Shown: positions 16,063-24,892, counted from the first letter of the stretch. The stretch is 32,000 bases of DNA from Patescibacteria group bacterium (GCA_041649575.1 JBAZMW010000003.1:90001-122000), one strand, 5' to 3'. Translations and numbers: made by a program. Notes: generated from the letters alone by a model not told the origin.

Positions 16063-16464
16063 CTATTCCACTGGTTCAAAATAATAATGATCTTCTTCCT
16101 GCTTTTTATTTAAACTCTGTAATTCTGACATACGATCATAGACATCAGCTAGAGAAAAGTTCTGATCATTAATAACAACCCCTAAATCGTAATAATCCCT
16201 CAATTTTTCCGAGAAATCTTGTTCTTCAATCGGCAAATGATTGTTATTGGTTTCTTGGCTGTCTTTCCAGAGAGCAATTTCTCGGTTTATCTTATCTAAA
16301 AGTTCGTCCTCTGTCAAGCCAACCACCTCTGATTTACCTAAAATTAGCCGTTCATAATCAAAAATAGTCATTAAAACGTAAGCCGGATCACCATTTTGGT
16401 CTAAAATTATAGCTTTATCCCCAGTTTTTTTTATTAAATTAACGATTTTTTTAAGACCTTCCAT
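16063..16464 (-). CDS. Hypothetical protein: Phd/YefM-antitoxin-like N-terminal domain plus an acidic C-terminal region
   Basis: 133 aa. GDKAIILDQNGDPAYVLMTIFDYERL resembles the YefM segment [24 protein letters not shown]. The C-terminal ~85 aa are Asp/Glu-rich. The gene sits between fusA and tuf. Confidence 0.6.
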   Translation of the reverse strand: MEGLKKIVNLIKKTGDKAIILDQNGDPAYVLMTIFDYERLILGKSEVVGLTEDELLDKINREIALWKDSQETNNNHLPIEEQDFSEKLRDYYDLGVVINDQNFSLADVYDRMSELQSLNKKQEEDHYYFEPVE

Positions 16465-16495
16465 TGTTATAAATTATTAAATATTAATAATTTTT

Positions 16496-16511
16496 TATCT
16501 AAATTTAGATA
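16496..16511. promoter_or_regulatory. Perfect 16-bp palindrome TATCTAAATTTAGATA upstream of the Phd/YefM-like ORF (candidate operator)
   Basis: Read directly from the sequence. It lies between the fusA stop (16524) and the ORF start (16464). The stem is entirely AT with no loop, so it is a poor terminator. Confidence 0.35.
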
Positions 16512-16523
16512 AATTTTATAAAC

Positions 16524-18650
16524 TTACCTCTTTTTTTCGCCTGAACGGCCTTCTTTTATCTTTTCTTCGACATTTTTGGGAACCTCGGCATATTTCAAAA
16601 ATTCCATAGTGTAAGACGCTCGGCCTTGGGTAATAGAACGAAGCTGGGTGGCATAGCCAAACATTTCGGCTAGTGGCACTTCGGCACCGATTACTTTGAC
16701 AGAGGAAGCTCCCTCTCCGCGATCTTCCATCGAGCCGATAATGGCTCGGCGGGAATTCAAATCGCCAATAGCGTCACCCATGAATTGTTCCGGAGTGACG
16801 ACTTCCACTTTCATAATTGGTTCTAGAATTATCGGGCTAGCCTTTTTGACGCCTTCTTGCAAAGCCAGAGAGCCGGCGATTTTAAAAGCCGCCTCCGAGG
16901 AATCAACCTCATGAAAAGAACCATCATAAACCGAGGCCTTGATACCAATTAAATGATAACCGGCGATAACCCCCCTGTCCATGGCTTCGCGTACACCTTT
17001 TTCTATCGGTTTGATATATTCTTTGGGAATAATGCCTCCCTTAATTTCATCGACAAATTCAAAAATCTGGCCATCGGTTAAGGGCTCTATTTTTAACCAA
17101 CAGTGACCATATTGGCCACGACCGCCCGATTGGCGGATGTATTTACCTTCGGCTTCAGCCTTGCCTTTGATGGTTTCTTTATAAGCCACCTGTGGCGCGC
17201 CAATATTGGCCTCCACTTTAAACTCACGTTTCATGCGATCAATAATAATATCCAAATGCAACTCACCCATACCGGAAATAATCGTCTGCATCGTTTCTTC
17301 ATCAGTATGCACTCGAAAAGTGGGATCTTCCTCGGCCAGCTTAGCCAAAGCAACACCCATCTTTTCCTGGTCGGCCTTGGTTTTTGGTTCGACGGCAATA
17401 TCAATAACCGGGTCAGGGAAAGTAATTTTTTCGAGCAGAACATCATAACCGGCTTCGGAAAGAGTGTCGCCGGTGGTAGTTCCTTTGAGACCGACAATGG
17501 CGGCAATTTCACCGGAATAAACCTCGGTGATTTCTTCTCTAGAATTAGCGTGCATGCGTAAAATACGTCCAACTCTCTCTTTGTCGCCGCTGGAATTGTT
17601 TTGGATATAAGAACCGGATTTGAGAACGCCACTATAAACCCGGAAGAAAATCAGTTTGCCGACAAAAGGATCGGTAGCTACCTTGAAAGCCAGGCCAATC
17701 AAAGGAGCATCGTCTTTAACATCAACTTTGATCTCTTTGGTTTCATCTTGAGAGTGATGACCAATTGGCGCGGCCACCTCCAGTGGCGACGGCAAAAACT
17801 CATCAACGGCATTAAGTAAGAACTGCACACCTTTATTTTTCAAAGCCGAACCGCAAAGAATAGGGACGATTTTATTGCTAACGGTGGCTTTTCTCAATCC
17901 TCTTTTTAGTTCTTCGATTGATAGTTCCTGGCCGGCAAGATATTTCTCCATTAAAATTTCATCGTTTTCAGCGATCGCTTCCACTAATTTAGAGCGATAT
18001 TCTTTGGCACGTTCTAGTTCGTCGGCAGGGACATCAACAATTTCCCATTTGGTGCCCAAATCGTCCAAATAAATTTCCGCCTTCATCTCAAATAAATCAA
18101 TAATGCCCTTGAAGGTTTCGGCGGCACCAATCGGCAACTGAATGGGATGGGCGTGAGAGGTTAGGCGATTGTGAATAGTTTTTAAATCATGGTAGAAGTC
18201 GGCGCCCATTCGGTCCATTTTATTGACAAAACCGATTTTTGGCACATGATATTTCTCGCTTTGACGCCAAACGGTTTCTGATTGGGGTTCGACTCCGGCA
18301 ACACCATCGAAAACAATTACTCCGCCATCTAAAACGCGCAGGGAACGCTCTACTTCGGCAGTAAAATCAACGTGGCCAGGAGTGTCGATGATATTAATTT
18401 GAATTTCACCACCGCCAAGCCATTCGGCATTAGGCCAGAAGCAAGTGGTGGCGGCGCTGGTTATGGTTATGCCCCGCTCTCTTTCTTGTTCCATCCAATC
18501 CATGGTGGCTTCGCCATCATGCACTTCGCCAATCTTGTGTTTCTTTCCGGTGTAAAACAAAATGCGCTCGGAGACCGTGGTCTTGCCGGCGTCGATATGA
18601 GCAATGATTCCTATATTTCTGACCTTTTCCAGTGGTTGTTGTCGTGGCAT
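16524..18650 (-). CDS. fusA: Elongation factor G
   Basis: [32 protein letters not shown]; 708 aa, downstream of rpsG. Confidence 0.98.
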   Translation of the reverse strand: MPRQQPLEKVRNIGIIAHIDAGKTTVSERILFYTGKKHKIGEVHDGEATMDWMEQERERGITITSAATTCFWPNAEWLGGGEIQINIIDTPGHVDFTAEVERSLRVLDGGVIVFDGVAGVEPQSETVWRQSEKYHVPKIGFVNKMDRMGADFYHDLKTIHNRLTSHAHPIQLPIGAAETFKGIIDLFEMKAEIYLDDLGTKWEIVDVPADELERAKEYRSKLVEAIAENDEILMEKYLAGQELSIEELKRGLRKATVSNKIVPILCGSALKNKGVQFLLNAVDEFLPSPLEVAAPIGHHSQDETKEIKVDVKDDAPLIGLAFKVATDPFVGKLIFFRVYSGVLKSGSYIQNNSSGDKERVGRILRMHANSREEITEVYSGEIAAIVGLKGTTTGDTLSEAGYDVLLEKITFPDPVIDIAVEPKTKADQEKMGVALAKLAEEDPTFRVHTDEETMQTIISGMGELHLDIIIDRMKREFKVEANIGAPQVAYKETIKGKAEAEGKYIRQSGGRGQYGHCWLKIEPLTDGQIFEFVDEIKGGIIPKEYIKPIEKGVREAMDRGVIAGYHLIGIKASVYDGSFHEVDSSEAAFKIAGSLALQEGVKKASPIILEPIMKVEVVTPEQFMGDAIGDLNSRRAIIGSMEDRGEGASSVKVIGAEVPLAEMFGYATQLRSITQGRASYTMEFLKYAEVPKNVEEKIKEGRSGEKKR

Positions 18651-18687
18651 AATTATTGACTGTCCTTAAATGTTAAGTTGTTTATAA

Positions 18688-19155
18688 TTAATAACTAAAA
18701 TGGGCAAAAGCGCGGTTGGCTTCGGCCATACGATAAGTGTCCTGTTTTTTCTTAATGGCGGCACCCTCATTATTGGCGGCAACCATAATCTCATCGGCCA
18801 ATTTTTCGGCCATCTTTTTACCTCGACGATCATGAGCCGCCTTAATCAACCAGCGACAACCCAAAGTAAAGCTGCGTTCTGGACGGACTGCCACCGGCAC
18901 CTGATAATTGGCGCCACCAACACGACGGCCACGAATTTCTACCGTTGGCGAGATATTTTTGATAGCGATACCAAATAAGTCTAGCGGATCTTGTTTGGTT
19001 TTTTCGGAAATAATTGACAGGGCGTCATAAACCACCTTTTCCGCCGTTGATCTTTTGCCACCGTGCATAATATAATTGATGAATTTAGCCAGATCTTCAC
19101 GATTAAATTTGGCGTCAGGTTTGATTTTTCTCTTAGTTGCCGATTTTCCACGCAT
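18688..19155 (-). CDS. rpsG: 30S ribosomal protein S7
   Basis: 155 aa; ...VEIRGRRVGGANYQVPVAVRPERSFTLGCRWLI...; between S12 and EF-G. Confidence 0.97.
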   Translation of the reverse strand: MRGKSATKRKIKPDAKFNREDLAKFINYIMHGGKRSTAEKVVYDALSIISEKTKQDPLDLFGIAIKNISPTVEIRGRRVGGANYQVPVAVRPERSFTLGCRWLIKAAHDRRGKKMAEKLADEIMVAANNEGAAIKKKQDTYRMAEANRAFAHFSY

Positions 19156-19184
19156 ATTGGTTAAATAGACAGTAATTAATTTAA

Positions 19185-19613
19185 TTATTTGGAGGCCTGC
19201 TTCTCTTTTTTAGCTCCATAAAGACTACGCCCCCGTTTGCGGCCAGAAACCCCAGCGCTATCATAAACGCCACGCACCAAATGGTAACGGACGCCAGGCA
19301 GGTCCTTGACCCTGCCGCCACGCACTAAAACAATAGAATGCTCTTGTAAATTATGGCCAACTCCTGGGATGTAAGCGGTGACTTCCTGACCATTAGACAA
19401 GCGAACTCTGGCGATCTTACGCAAAGCAGAGTTTGGCTTCTTGGGTGTAGTCGTCCTGACCTGCAAACAAACCCCACGCTTAAAAGAATTGCCTTTGGGC
19501 ATAGAATGCCGCCGGCGATGCAGGCTGTCTAAAGTCAGCTGTAAATCCGGGGTTTTAGACTTTGTCTTTTTTGATTTACGGCCTTTTCTTAGTAATTGAC
19601 TAACGGTAGGCAT
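19185..19613 (-). CDS. rpsL: 30S ribosomal protein S12 (with an insertion of about 15 aa near the N terminus)
   Basis: The true start is [13 protein letters not shown] at the ATG at 19613. ...[12 protein letters not shown]...[13 protein letters not shown]... follows. The track ORF's upstream 34 codons are not S12-like. Confidence 0.96.
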   Translation of the reverse strand: MPTVSQLLRKGRKSKKTKSKTPDLQLTLDSLHRRRHSMPKGNSFKRGVCLQVRTTTPKKPNSALRKIARVRLSNGQEVTAYIPGVGHNLQEHSIVLVRGGRVKDLPGVRYHLVRGVYDSAGVSGRKRGRSLYGAKKEKQASK

Positions 19614-19746
19614 AATTGTGGTTATAAAAAATCCCGTTTTGGGATTCCCTGAATCGAATTTTGTTTTTACCCAGTCAAATCCTGCTTTGATTAGGATCGC
19701 TGACGGGCGAATCAAGGAAACTTTAGTTTATTAACAGACAATAGAT

Positions 19747-19775
19747 ATATTAAACAATTAGGCTGAAAAAGTCAA
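19747..19775 (-). promoter_or_regulatory. Candidate str-operon promoter TTGACT-17-TAATAT
   Basis: On the reverse strand the -35 is at 19775-19770 and the -10 at 19752-19747. This gives a leader of about 125 nt ending in AAUCCC-AAAAC-GGGAUU-UUUUAU (19646-19624) just before the rpsL ATG. Confidence 0.4.
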
Positions 19776-19802
19776 GGATTTGCCCAGCGAACCCAACTGG
19801 CT

Positions 19803-20444
19803 CTACAAATTCAGCAGTCTTTGCAAAAGCTGAAGAATAAAATCAAAAATAATATTAAGAACGCCCCGATTGAAAAAGCTATCAATGATAATTAACACTA
19901 ATAAAACCCAGGGACCATTGAAAGAAAGCCAATTTTTGAAATTATTGTATTTATCTGGCAATAGACTGAATAAAACCCGAGAGCCATCAAGCGGCGGAAT
20001 CGGTATTAAATTAAAAACCATTAAAACCACATTAACCACAAATAAGGAATACAAAAAATAGACCAATAAATTCTGTACGCCCAAATAGGGCGAAATTAAT
20101 TTCAATAAAATTGCCGAGATAATAAGCAGAATTAAATTGGCAATGGGCCCGGCTGCCGAAACTAAGCCAGAGGAAATTTTGGGATTTCTTAGATTATAGG
20201 GATTGACCGGCACCGGTTTGGCCCAGCCAAAAGCCGGCAAACCCATAAAGACTAGAGCTAGAGGCAAAAGAACCGTACCAAACCAATCAATATGAGCCAG
20301 CGGGTTTAGAGTCAACCGGCCCATGGCTTCGGCAGTGTTATCACCAAAATATTTAGCTGAAGCGGCATGAGCAAATTCATGAATGGTCAAAGAGACAATC
20401 ACCCCAACAAAAGAGAGAATGAGAATTAAGATATTATTATCCAT
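19803..20444 (-). CDS. Site-2 protease family (peptidase M50) membrane metalloprotease
   Basis: HEFAHA (HExxH) lies in the first TM region, with ...NLIPIPPLDGSRVLFSLLP and multiple TM spans. The ATG at 20444 (MDNNILILILSF...) is preferred over the track start at 20576. Confidence 0.85.
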   Translation of the reverse strand: MDNNILILILSFVGVIVSLTIHEFAHAASAKYFGDNTAEAMGRLTLNPLAHIDWFGTVLLPLALVFMGLPAFGWAKPVPVNPYNLRNPKISSGLVSAAGPIANLILLIISAILLKLISPYLGVQNLLVYFLYSLFVVNVVLMVFNLIPIPPLDGSRVLFSLLPDKYNNFKNWLSFNGPWVLLVLIIIDSFFNRGVLNIIFDFILQLLQRLLNL

Positions 20445-20707
20445 ATAAATTTCGTTTATTTCGGAGTCAGATAAATAATAACATGGCCGTAATATTTTTA
20501 CAATTTCCAATAAATCCGCTTGGCTATTGAAAAAAATATAGAAATATGTTAATTTTAATGAACCCAGGCGTTGCAAAACAAGAGGCTGGTCGGGCGCGTT
20601 CTATAATCTTAAACAAATCAAATACCGCTTTCACCGACTAAAGCCAGAAGTAGACAAAACGTTTTTAGAAGACGTTTCTAAATAAAATCTAATAAATAAC
20701 AAAATTC

Positions 20708-20899
20708 ATGGCAAAAACTTGCGCTATTTGCGGCCGAGGTACGACTACGGCTTTTAATGTCAGCCACTCCAAAGTCAAAACCAAAAGAACGCAAAAAATA
20801 AATTTACAAAACAAAACAGTTGACGGAAAAAAAATCAGAATTTGCACCAGTTGCATTAAAACACAGAATAAGAACAAGAAACAAAAAACGGCGAAATAA
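20708..20899 (+). CDS. rpmB: 50S ribosomal protein L28
   Basis: MAKTCAICGRGTTTAFNVSHSKVKTKRTQKINLQ...RICTSCIK is L28-like, with a Lys-rich tail. Confidence 0.9.
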   Translation: MAKTCAICGRGTTTAFNVSHSKVKTKRTQKINLQNKTVDGKKIRICTSCIKTQNKNKKQKTAK

Positions 20900-20912
20900 A
20901 CGCCGCTTTTTT
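20883..20912. terminator. Bidirectional terminator between convergent rpmB and the adk-like gene
   Basis: A6 run, CGGCG (20889-20893), loop AAATAAA, CGCCG (20901-20905), C, then a T6 run. The stem is short (5 GC pairs). Confidence 0.45.
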
Positions 20913-20951
20913 GTAGAAAAATTAATTTTGGAAGCTGGTATTAAAAAATAA

Positions 20952-22025
20952 TTAAAGTCCCAGTACCTCTACTAACCTCTTTATCATTGCTACCACTACC
21001 GGCGGAGCCAACAGGCTGTAGGAATCGACACTATTGTCGTCTTTAACAATCCAGGGCTTCTCTTTAACTTGAGGTTGGCCGCTTTCATCTAATTCATAAT
21101 AATACTCGGGGGTGATTTCATAATCATCAACATATTCAGCGGCCTGATCGACAGGAATGGCATTTCTCAATAAAACTTTTGGTAAGCCGTGTAATTCTAA
21201 AATTTTATTAATTAACTTGTCATCCAATTCCAATCGGTCACGAATCGCCTCCACGCCCAAATCATCCCCCTCTTTAGGCACCATTCTCGACCGACCACAG
21301 GCAGAGTTGTCACAAATTAAATAAAATTGTTTTTGTTCCTGGTCGTAGCCAACTTCTTTGGTTGCCAAAGTCTTCAAACTGCGAGGTGTTTTACAAACCG
21401 GGCAAACTACTCTTGATTTCATGCGCTGATCAATGACTGTCTCCGGAATACTAATAGCCACAAAGACATCGGGGTCCTGACGGTAATTAATCAAGTCTCT
21501 AAAAAACAGGGAGTAAGAAATCTGGTCCAGGTCGCGAGGAAAGCCATCAATAAAAAGAGTTTTCTTGGGCAATTTATCAATCTCTCTTTTTAAGAGCGTC
21601 AAAATAAACTCTGTTGGTAGCAGTGTTTTGGTGTTACGGCCCAACAGCGCGTCCAAGGCTTCTTCAACTGAAATATAGCCTCGATAATTATTTTTTAAGA
21701 AATCTATTAACTCCTGTTTTTTGTCTTTGTCTTCCATGTCCGCATGCACCGCTCGCACCACGTCGCCAACGGAAATGTGGCTAATTTTGTCGGCGCCAAA
21801 AATTTCTACCATTAACTTGGTATAAGTGCCTTTACCGGAATTTTTTTTGCCCAGGAGATAGGCAATAAAAGTATTTTCGGAAAAAAAACTTTTTAACTTT
21901 TTTACCTCTTCGCCGGCCTTGGCCATAAAGTATTCCAGCCTGATTTGTGGGTCTGCTAAATCAAATTTTTTGTCTAAGCCGGAAATCTTGATCTTGGTTA
22001 GAGGAAATTCAAACTTTTGCTCCAT
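20952..22025 (-). CDS. Divergent, extended adenylate/nucleoside-monophosphate kinase paralog (357 aa)
   Basis: P-loop GKKNSGKGT, NMP-site ISVGDVVRA, IDGFPRDLDQ, and a Cys4-type LID (RVVCPVCKT...LICDNSACGRSRMVPKEGDD...IRDRLE). It also has an N-terminal extension of about 55 aa and a C-terminal extension of about 90 aa of unknown type. Confidence 0.7.
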   Translation of the reverse strand: MEQKFEFPLTKIKISGLDKKFDLADPQIRLEYFMAKAGEEVKKLKSFFSENTFIAYLLGKKNSGKGTYTKLMVEIFGADKISHISVGDVVRAVHADMEDKDKKQELIDFLKNNYRGYISVEEALDALLGRNTKTLLPTEFILTLLKREIDKLPKKTLFIDGFPRDLDQISYSLFFRDLINYRQDPDVFVAISIPETVIDQRMKSRVVCPVCKTPRSLKTLATKEVGYDQEQKQFYLICDNSACGRSRMVPKEGDDLGVEAIRDRLELDDKLINKILELHGLPKVLLRNAIPVDQAAEYVDDYEITPEYYYELDESGQPQVKEKPWIVKDDNSVDSYSLLAPPVVVAMIKRLVEVLGL

Positions 22026-22047
22026 AACTTAAATTTTAATTTATTAA

Positions 22048-22425
22048 TTATAAAAGTAATTCTTTGATTTTTTGAATGACTTCTGCGGGAGTATGCTGGG
22101 ATTTAACAAAATAATCAGCCGCACCGGCTTGCATTCCTTTGTCTCTATCTGATTCCTGGCCCAAATTGGTCAGAAGCAGCACGGGTATATCTTTGGTGCT
22201 GTCATCGCTCTTAAGGCTATCCAGTATTGTAAAACCATCTGTTTCTGGTAAAATCACGTCCAAAAGGATAATGGCAAATTTATTTTCTTTAGCCAGCTCC
22301 AGAACTTCGCTCCCCTTTTCGGTCACCATAACCTCATAACCCTCCTCTTCTAAACGCAATTTATACATCTCGACAATCATTGGATCGTCTTCAACCAACA
22401 AAACTTTATTCTTTGTTTCTTCCAT
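22048..22425 (-). CDS. Stand-alone response-regulator receiver (CheY-like) domain protein
   Basis: 125 aa. VLLVEDDPMI...ILLDVILPETDG...PVLLLTNL...GAADYFVK contains the DD, phospho-acceptor D, T and K positions. Confidence 0.88.
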   Translation of the reverse strand: MEETKNKVLLVEDDPMIVEMYKLRLEEEGYEVMVTEKGSEVLELAKENKFAIILLDVILPETDGFTILDSLKSDDSTKDIPVLLLTNLGQESDRDKGMQAGAADYFVKSQHTPAEVIQKIKELLL

Positions 22426-22488
22426 AAAATTTAAATTATTTCTAAAGTAAGGTTATCTTACCAAAATAAAAGACTGGTGGCAACCCTA

Positions 22489-23391
22489 TCAAAAAGCGGT
22501 GATTGTCTGGCCATCGCTGAAAAAACGAATATCGCCTAATTGATCGGTGCGAAGAATTCTTGTTCCGATCTTTTTTAAATTGTATAAAGCTCTGTAATGC
22601 GGATGGCCAAAGCTATTTTTGCCGACAGAAATGACCGCGGCGACAGGGCTAACCGCCCGCAAGAAATCTAAATCATTGGCATTATTAGAACCATGATGAC
22701 CAATTTTCAAAATATCGCTTTTAAGCGGCACCCCCGATTGCAAAAGTAATTCTTCTTCTGCCTCGTAATCACCCATCAGTAAAACAGAGGTACTGGCATA
22801 AACTAATTTGGCTACCAAAGAAGAGTTGTTTAAATTTTCCAGCCGCTTGGAAGATGGTTCTCGTCCAGGACTTAGGATTTTTAGTTCTAAACCAGGCTCT
22901 AAATTAATTATTTCCGGCTCGAAAGCCTGTTCCAGGGGAATATTTTTTTTATTAATTAAATCAGTAAACGTCAGTTGGGCTGGGTCGCTAGTAGTGACGG
23001 CGGTAATCAGGACTCGATTCACTTTATACCTTCTTAAAACCTCTACCAGACCAACCAGGTGATCTGCGTGAGGGTGGGTCAAAATCACTAATTCCAGCTG
23101 ACGGTCAAAGAAAGGCAGATATCGGCCCAGCTTTTCCAAAACTTTATTGTCGGGACCACCGTCAATAAGAACATCCTCACCGCCTGGCGTACGAATCAAA
23201 ATAGCATCTCCCTGACCAACGTTTAGAAAACTGATCACCAATTTTCCTTTTAAAGCTGGCGCTAGTAAACTATTAGGATAGCCCGTGAATTTGAAAACAA
23301 AAAAAACCAAGAGTAAAAACGCTGCCAACAAAATTAGAAAAATAATTTTTAAATTCTTTTTAAGATAGCTAATTGCGTTTTCAAATTTCAT
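22489..23391 (-). CDS. ComEC/Rec2-type metallo-beta-lactamase domain protein with its own N-terminal TM anchor
   Basis: FLNVGQGDAILI, LTHPHADHLVGL, GHHGS, GHPH. N-terminal IIFLILLAAFLLLVFFVF. The ATG at 23391 overlaps the upstream ORF by 11 nt. Confidence 0.85.
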   Translation of the reverse strand: MKFENAISYLKKNLKIIFLILLAAFLLLVFFVFKFTGYPNSLLAPALKGKLVISFLNVGQGDAILIRTPGGEDVLIDGGPDNKVLEKLGRYLPFFDRQLELVILTHPHADHLVGLVEVLRRYKVNRVLITAVTTSDPAQLTFTDLINKKNIPLEQAFEPEIINLEPGLELKILSPGREPSSKRLENLNNSSLVAKLVYASTSVLLMGDYEAEEELLLQSGVPLKSDILKIGHHGSNNANDLDFLRAVSPVAAVISVGKNSFGHPHYRALYNLKKIGTRILRTDQLGDIRFFSDGQTITAF

Positions 23392-24883
23392 AATGTTTCT
23401 TCTTTATTTTATAGTAAAAAATAATCAACAAAAAATAAAGTAAAGCTAGAAACGGCCAGCTCAAATAATTTATTTCCAGAGCAGCGAAGGGCAGGCGCGA
23501 CAAACCGTCAGTTATCACCAAAAAATAACTGGCGACCAGCCAGCTAATATAGCCAGCCAGCTGGCCTAAAGCCAGGCTGAAAACAGCAACCAAAGAATTA
23601 ATAAACCCCCAAACCATCAAAAAAGGAACTACAGGTAAAAGCAAGATGTTGGCTAAAAAAGAGACTAGCGATAATTTGTGAAAATAAAAAATTATTAGCG
23701 GCAAAGTGGTGAGTTGGGCGGCTAGTGTAAGGATAAACATTTCTTTGAGTCGCCAAGGATCTGGTATTTTTTGGAAAAGAGACATTAATAGAGGCGAAAA
23801 ATGGATCAGGCCAATGACTGCCAGGAAAGATAACTGAAAGCCAATATCATTTAATAAAACCAGCGGGTTGACTAAAAGTATCGCCGAGGCCGAGAAAAAA
23901 ATCAGGTTAGTCGCCTGGCTAAGACGTCCGATTTTCTGGGCATACAAAACCATAATACCCATTACTGCCGACCTGACCGCAGAGGCCGGCGAACCAATCA
24001 TTAAAACATAAAGAATTATAATTACTAAGGAGAACCAAAAAGATTTTTGACGAGAAATTCCCAAACTAATAGCTAAAACAGACAATAAGGAAGCAATAAT
24101 TGCTATATGTGAGCCGGAAACGGCTATGATGTGGGTGATGCCGGTTTGAGAAAATCTAGCCAGCCATTCCTGACTCAAACCTTCACGTCTGTTTAAAATC
24201 AGGGCTTGTAAAAAAGCATTCTGTGGTTCGCCCAGACTGCGACTTAGGCCAGAAGACAGCCGATCGCCAACCTTGAGCAATAAGGAATTAGCTCTGACTA
24301 AATAATTGCTACTAAAGCCGGCTTTTTGGATCTCTTGCGGCCAGCAAAGTGAATAAATATTATAACTAGATAAATATTTGCCATAATCAAAGTCATTGAT
24401 TGTGCCAGGACTCTCTAGTCGGCAACCAACCCTTAAAACCTCACCATAAGTATATTGGGGATAAAGTCCGGTTGTGATAAGCACCTTGCCAGAAACCGGC
24501 ACACGCTGGCCGCCAGCAGAAACAGACTCGACAATCAGGGTCATTTTTTGTTTATCAATTCTTCTGTCGATGTTGGCAAGACGACCAGTTAACTCCGGTT
24601 GGCTACCGTTATAAAAATAAATTTGTTGGGGGTTGGAAAAATCTGGCAAGGCCACTTGATAACGCCAGAAACCAAGCAAACAAAAAATTAGCAACAAAAA
24701 AACCAGTCTCAAATAGGTATTGGAAAAACAAAAAATCAGTCCCAGGACTGAAAAGAGGGCCCCTAAAAAAATCAGAAAGTGGCTAAAAGAAAAAAAATTA
24801 CCGATCAAGATTCCTAAAATCAAAGCCGCCTGACAAGACAAAAAAAATTTAGCCTTTGATTGCGTCAACCTCCTTAAACGCAT
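23381..24883 (-). CDS. comEC: ComEC/Rec2 DNA-uptake channel, N-terminal OB (DUF4131-like) plus polytopic competence domain, lacking the MBL domain
   Basis: 500 aa with many TM spans; ...TGITHIIAVSGSHIAIIASLL... is the competence-domain signature. Confidence 0.85.
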   Translation of the reverse strand: MRLRRLTQSKAKFFLSCQAALILGILIGNFFSFSHFLIFLGALFSVLGLIFCFSNTYLRLVFLLLIFCLLGFWRYQVALPDFSNPQQIYFYNGSQPELTGRLANIDRRIDKQKMTLIVESVSAGGQRVPVSGKVLITTGLYPQYTYGEVLRVGCRLESPGTINDFDYGKYLSSYNIYSLCWPQEIQKAGFSSNYLVRANSLLLKVGDRLSSGLSRSLGEPQNAFLQALILNRREGLSQEWLARFSQTGITHIIAVSGSHIAIIASLLSVLAISLGISRQKSFWFSLVIIILYVLMIGSPASAVRSAVMGIMVLYAQKIGRLSQATNLIFFSASAILLVNPLVLLNDIGFQLSFLAVIGLIHFSPLLMSLFQKIPDPWRLKEMFILTLAAQLTTLPLIIFYFHKLSLVSFLANILLLPVVPFLMVWGFINSLVAVFSLALGQLAGYISWLVASYFLVITDGLSRLPFAALEINYLSWPFLALLYFLLIIFYYKIKKKHYEI

Positions 24884-24892
24884 TAAAACAAA

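Noticed and set aside
19614-19715. Upstream extensions of track ORFs: rpsL (to 19715), the M50 protease (to 20576), rpsS (to 11321), rplF (to 6925), rplO (TTG at 5506), and the hypothetical at 26373 (TTG)
   Set aside because: The canonical N-terminal motifs begin at internal ATG codons. The extensions overlap upstream genes or leader structures and are not family-like.
20571-20707. Possible rpmB promoter or leader (TATAAT at 20601-20606, long-range GGCT..GTCGG/CCGAC..AGCC pairing)
   Set aside because: There is no acceptable -35 at 16-18 nt spacing (TTGCAA is 24 nt away). The pairing is interrupted and short. Evidence is insufficient to call it.
20689-20877. 62-aa minus-strand ORF opposite rpmB
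   Set aside because: It lies antisense to a clear L28 gene, has a Phe/Leu/Val-rich shadow translation, and no start signals.
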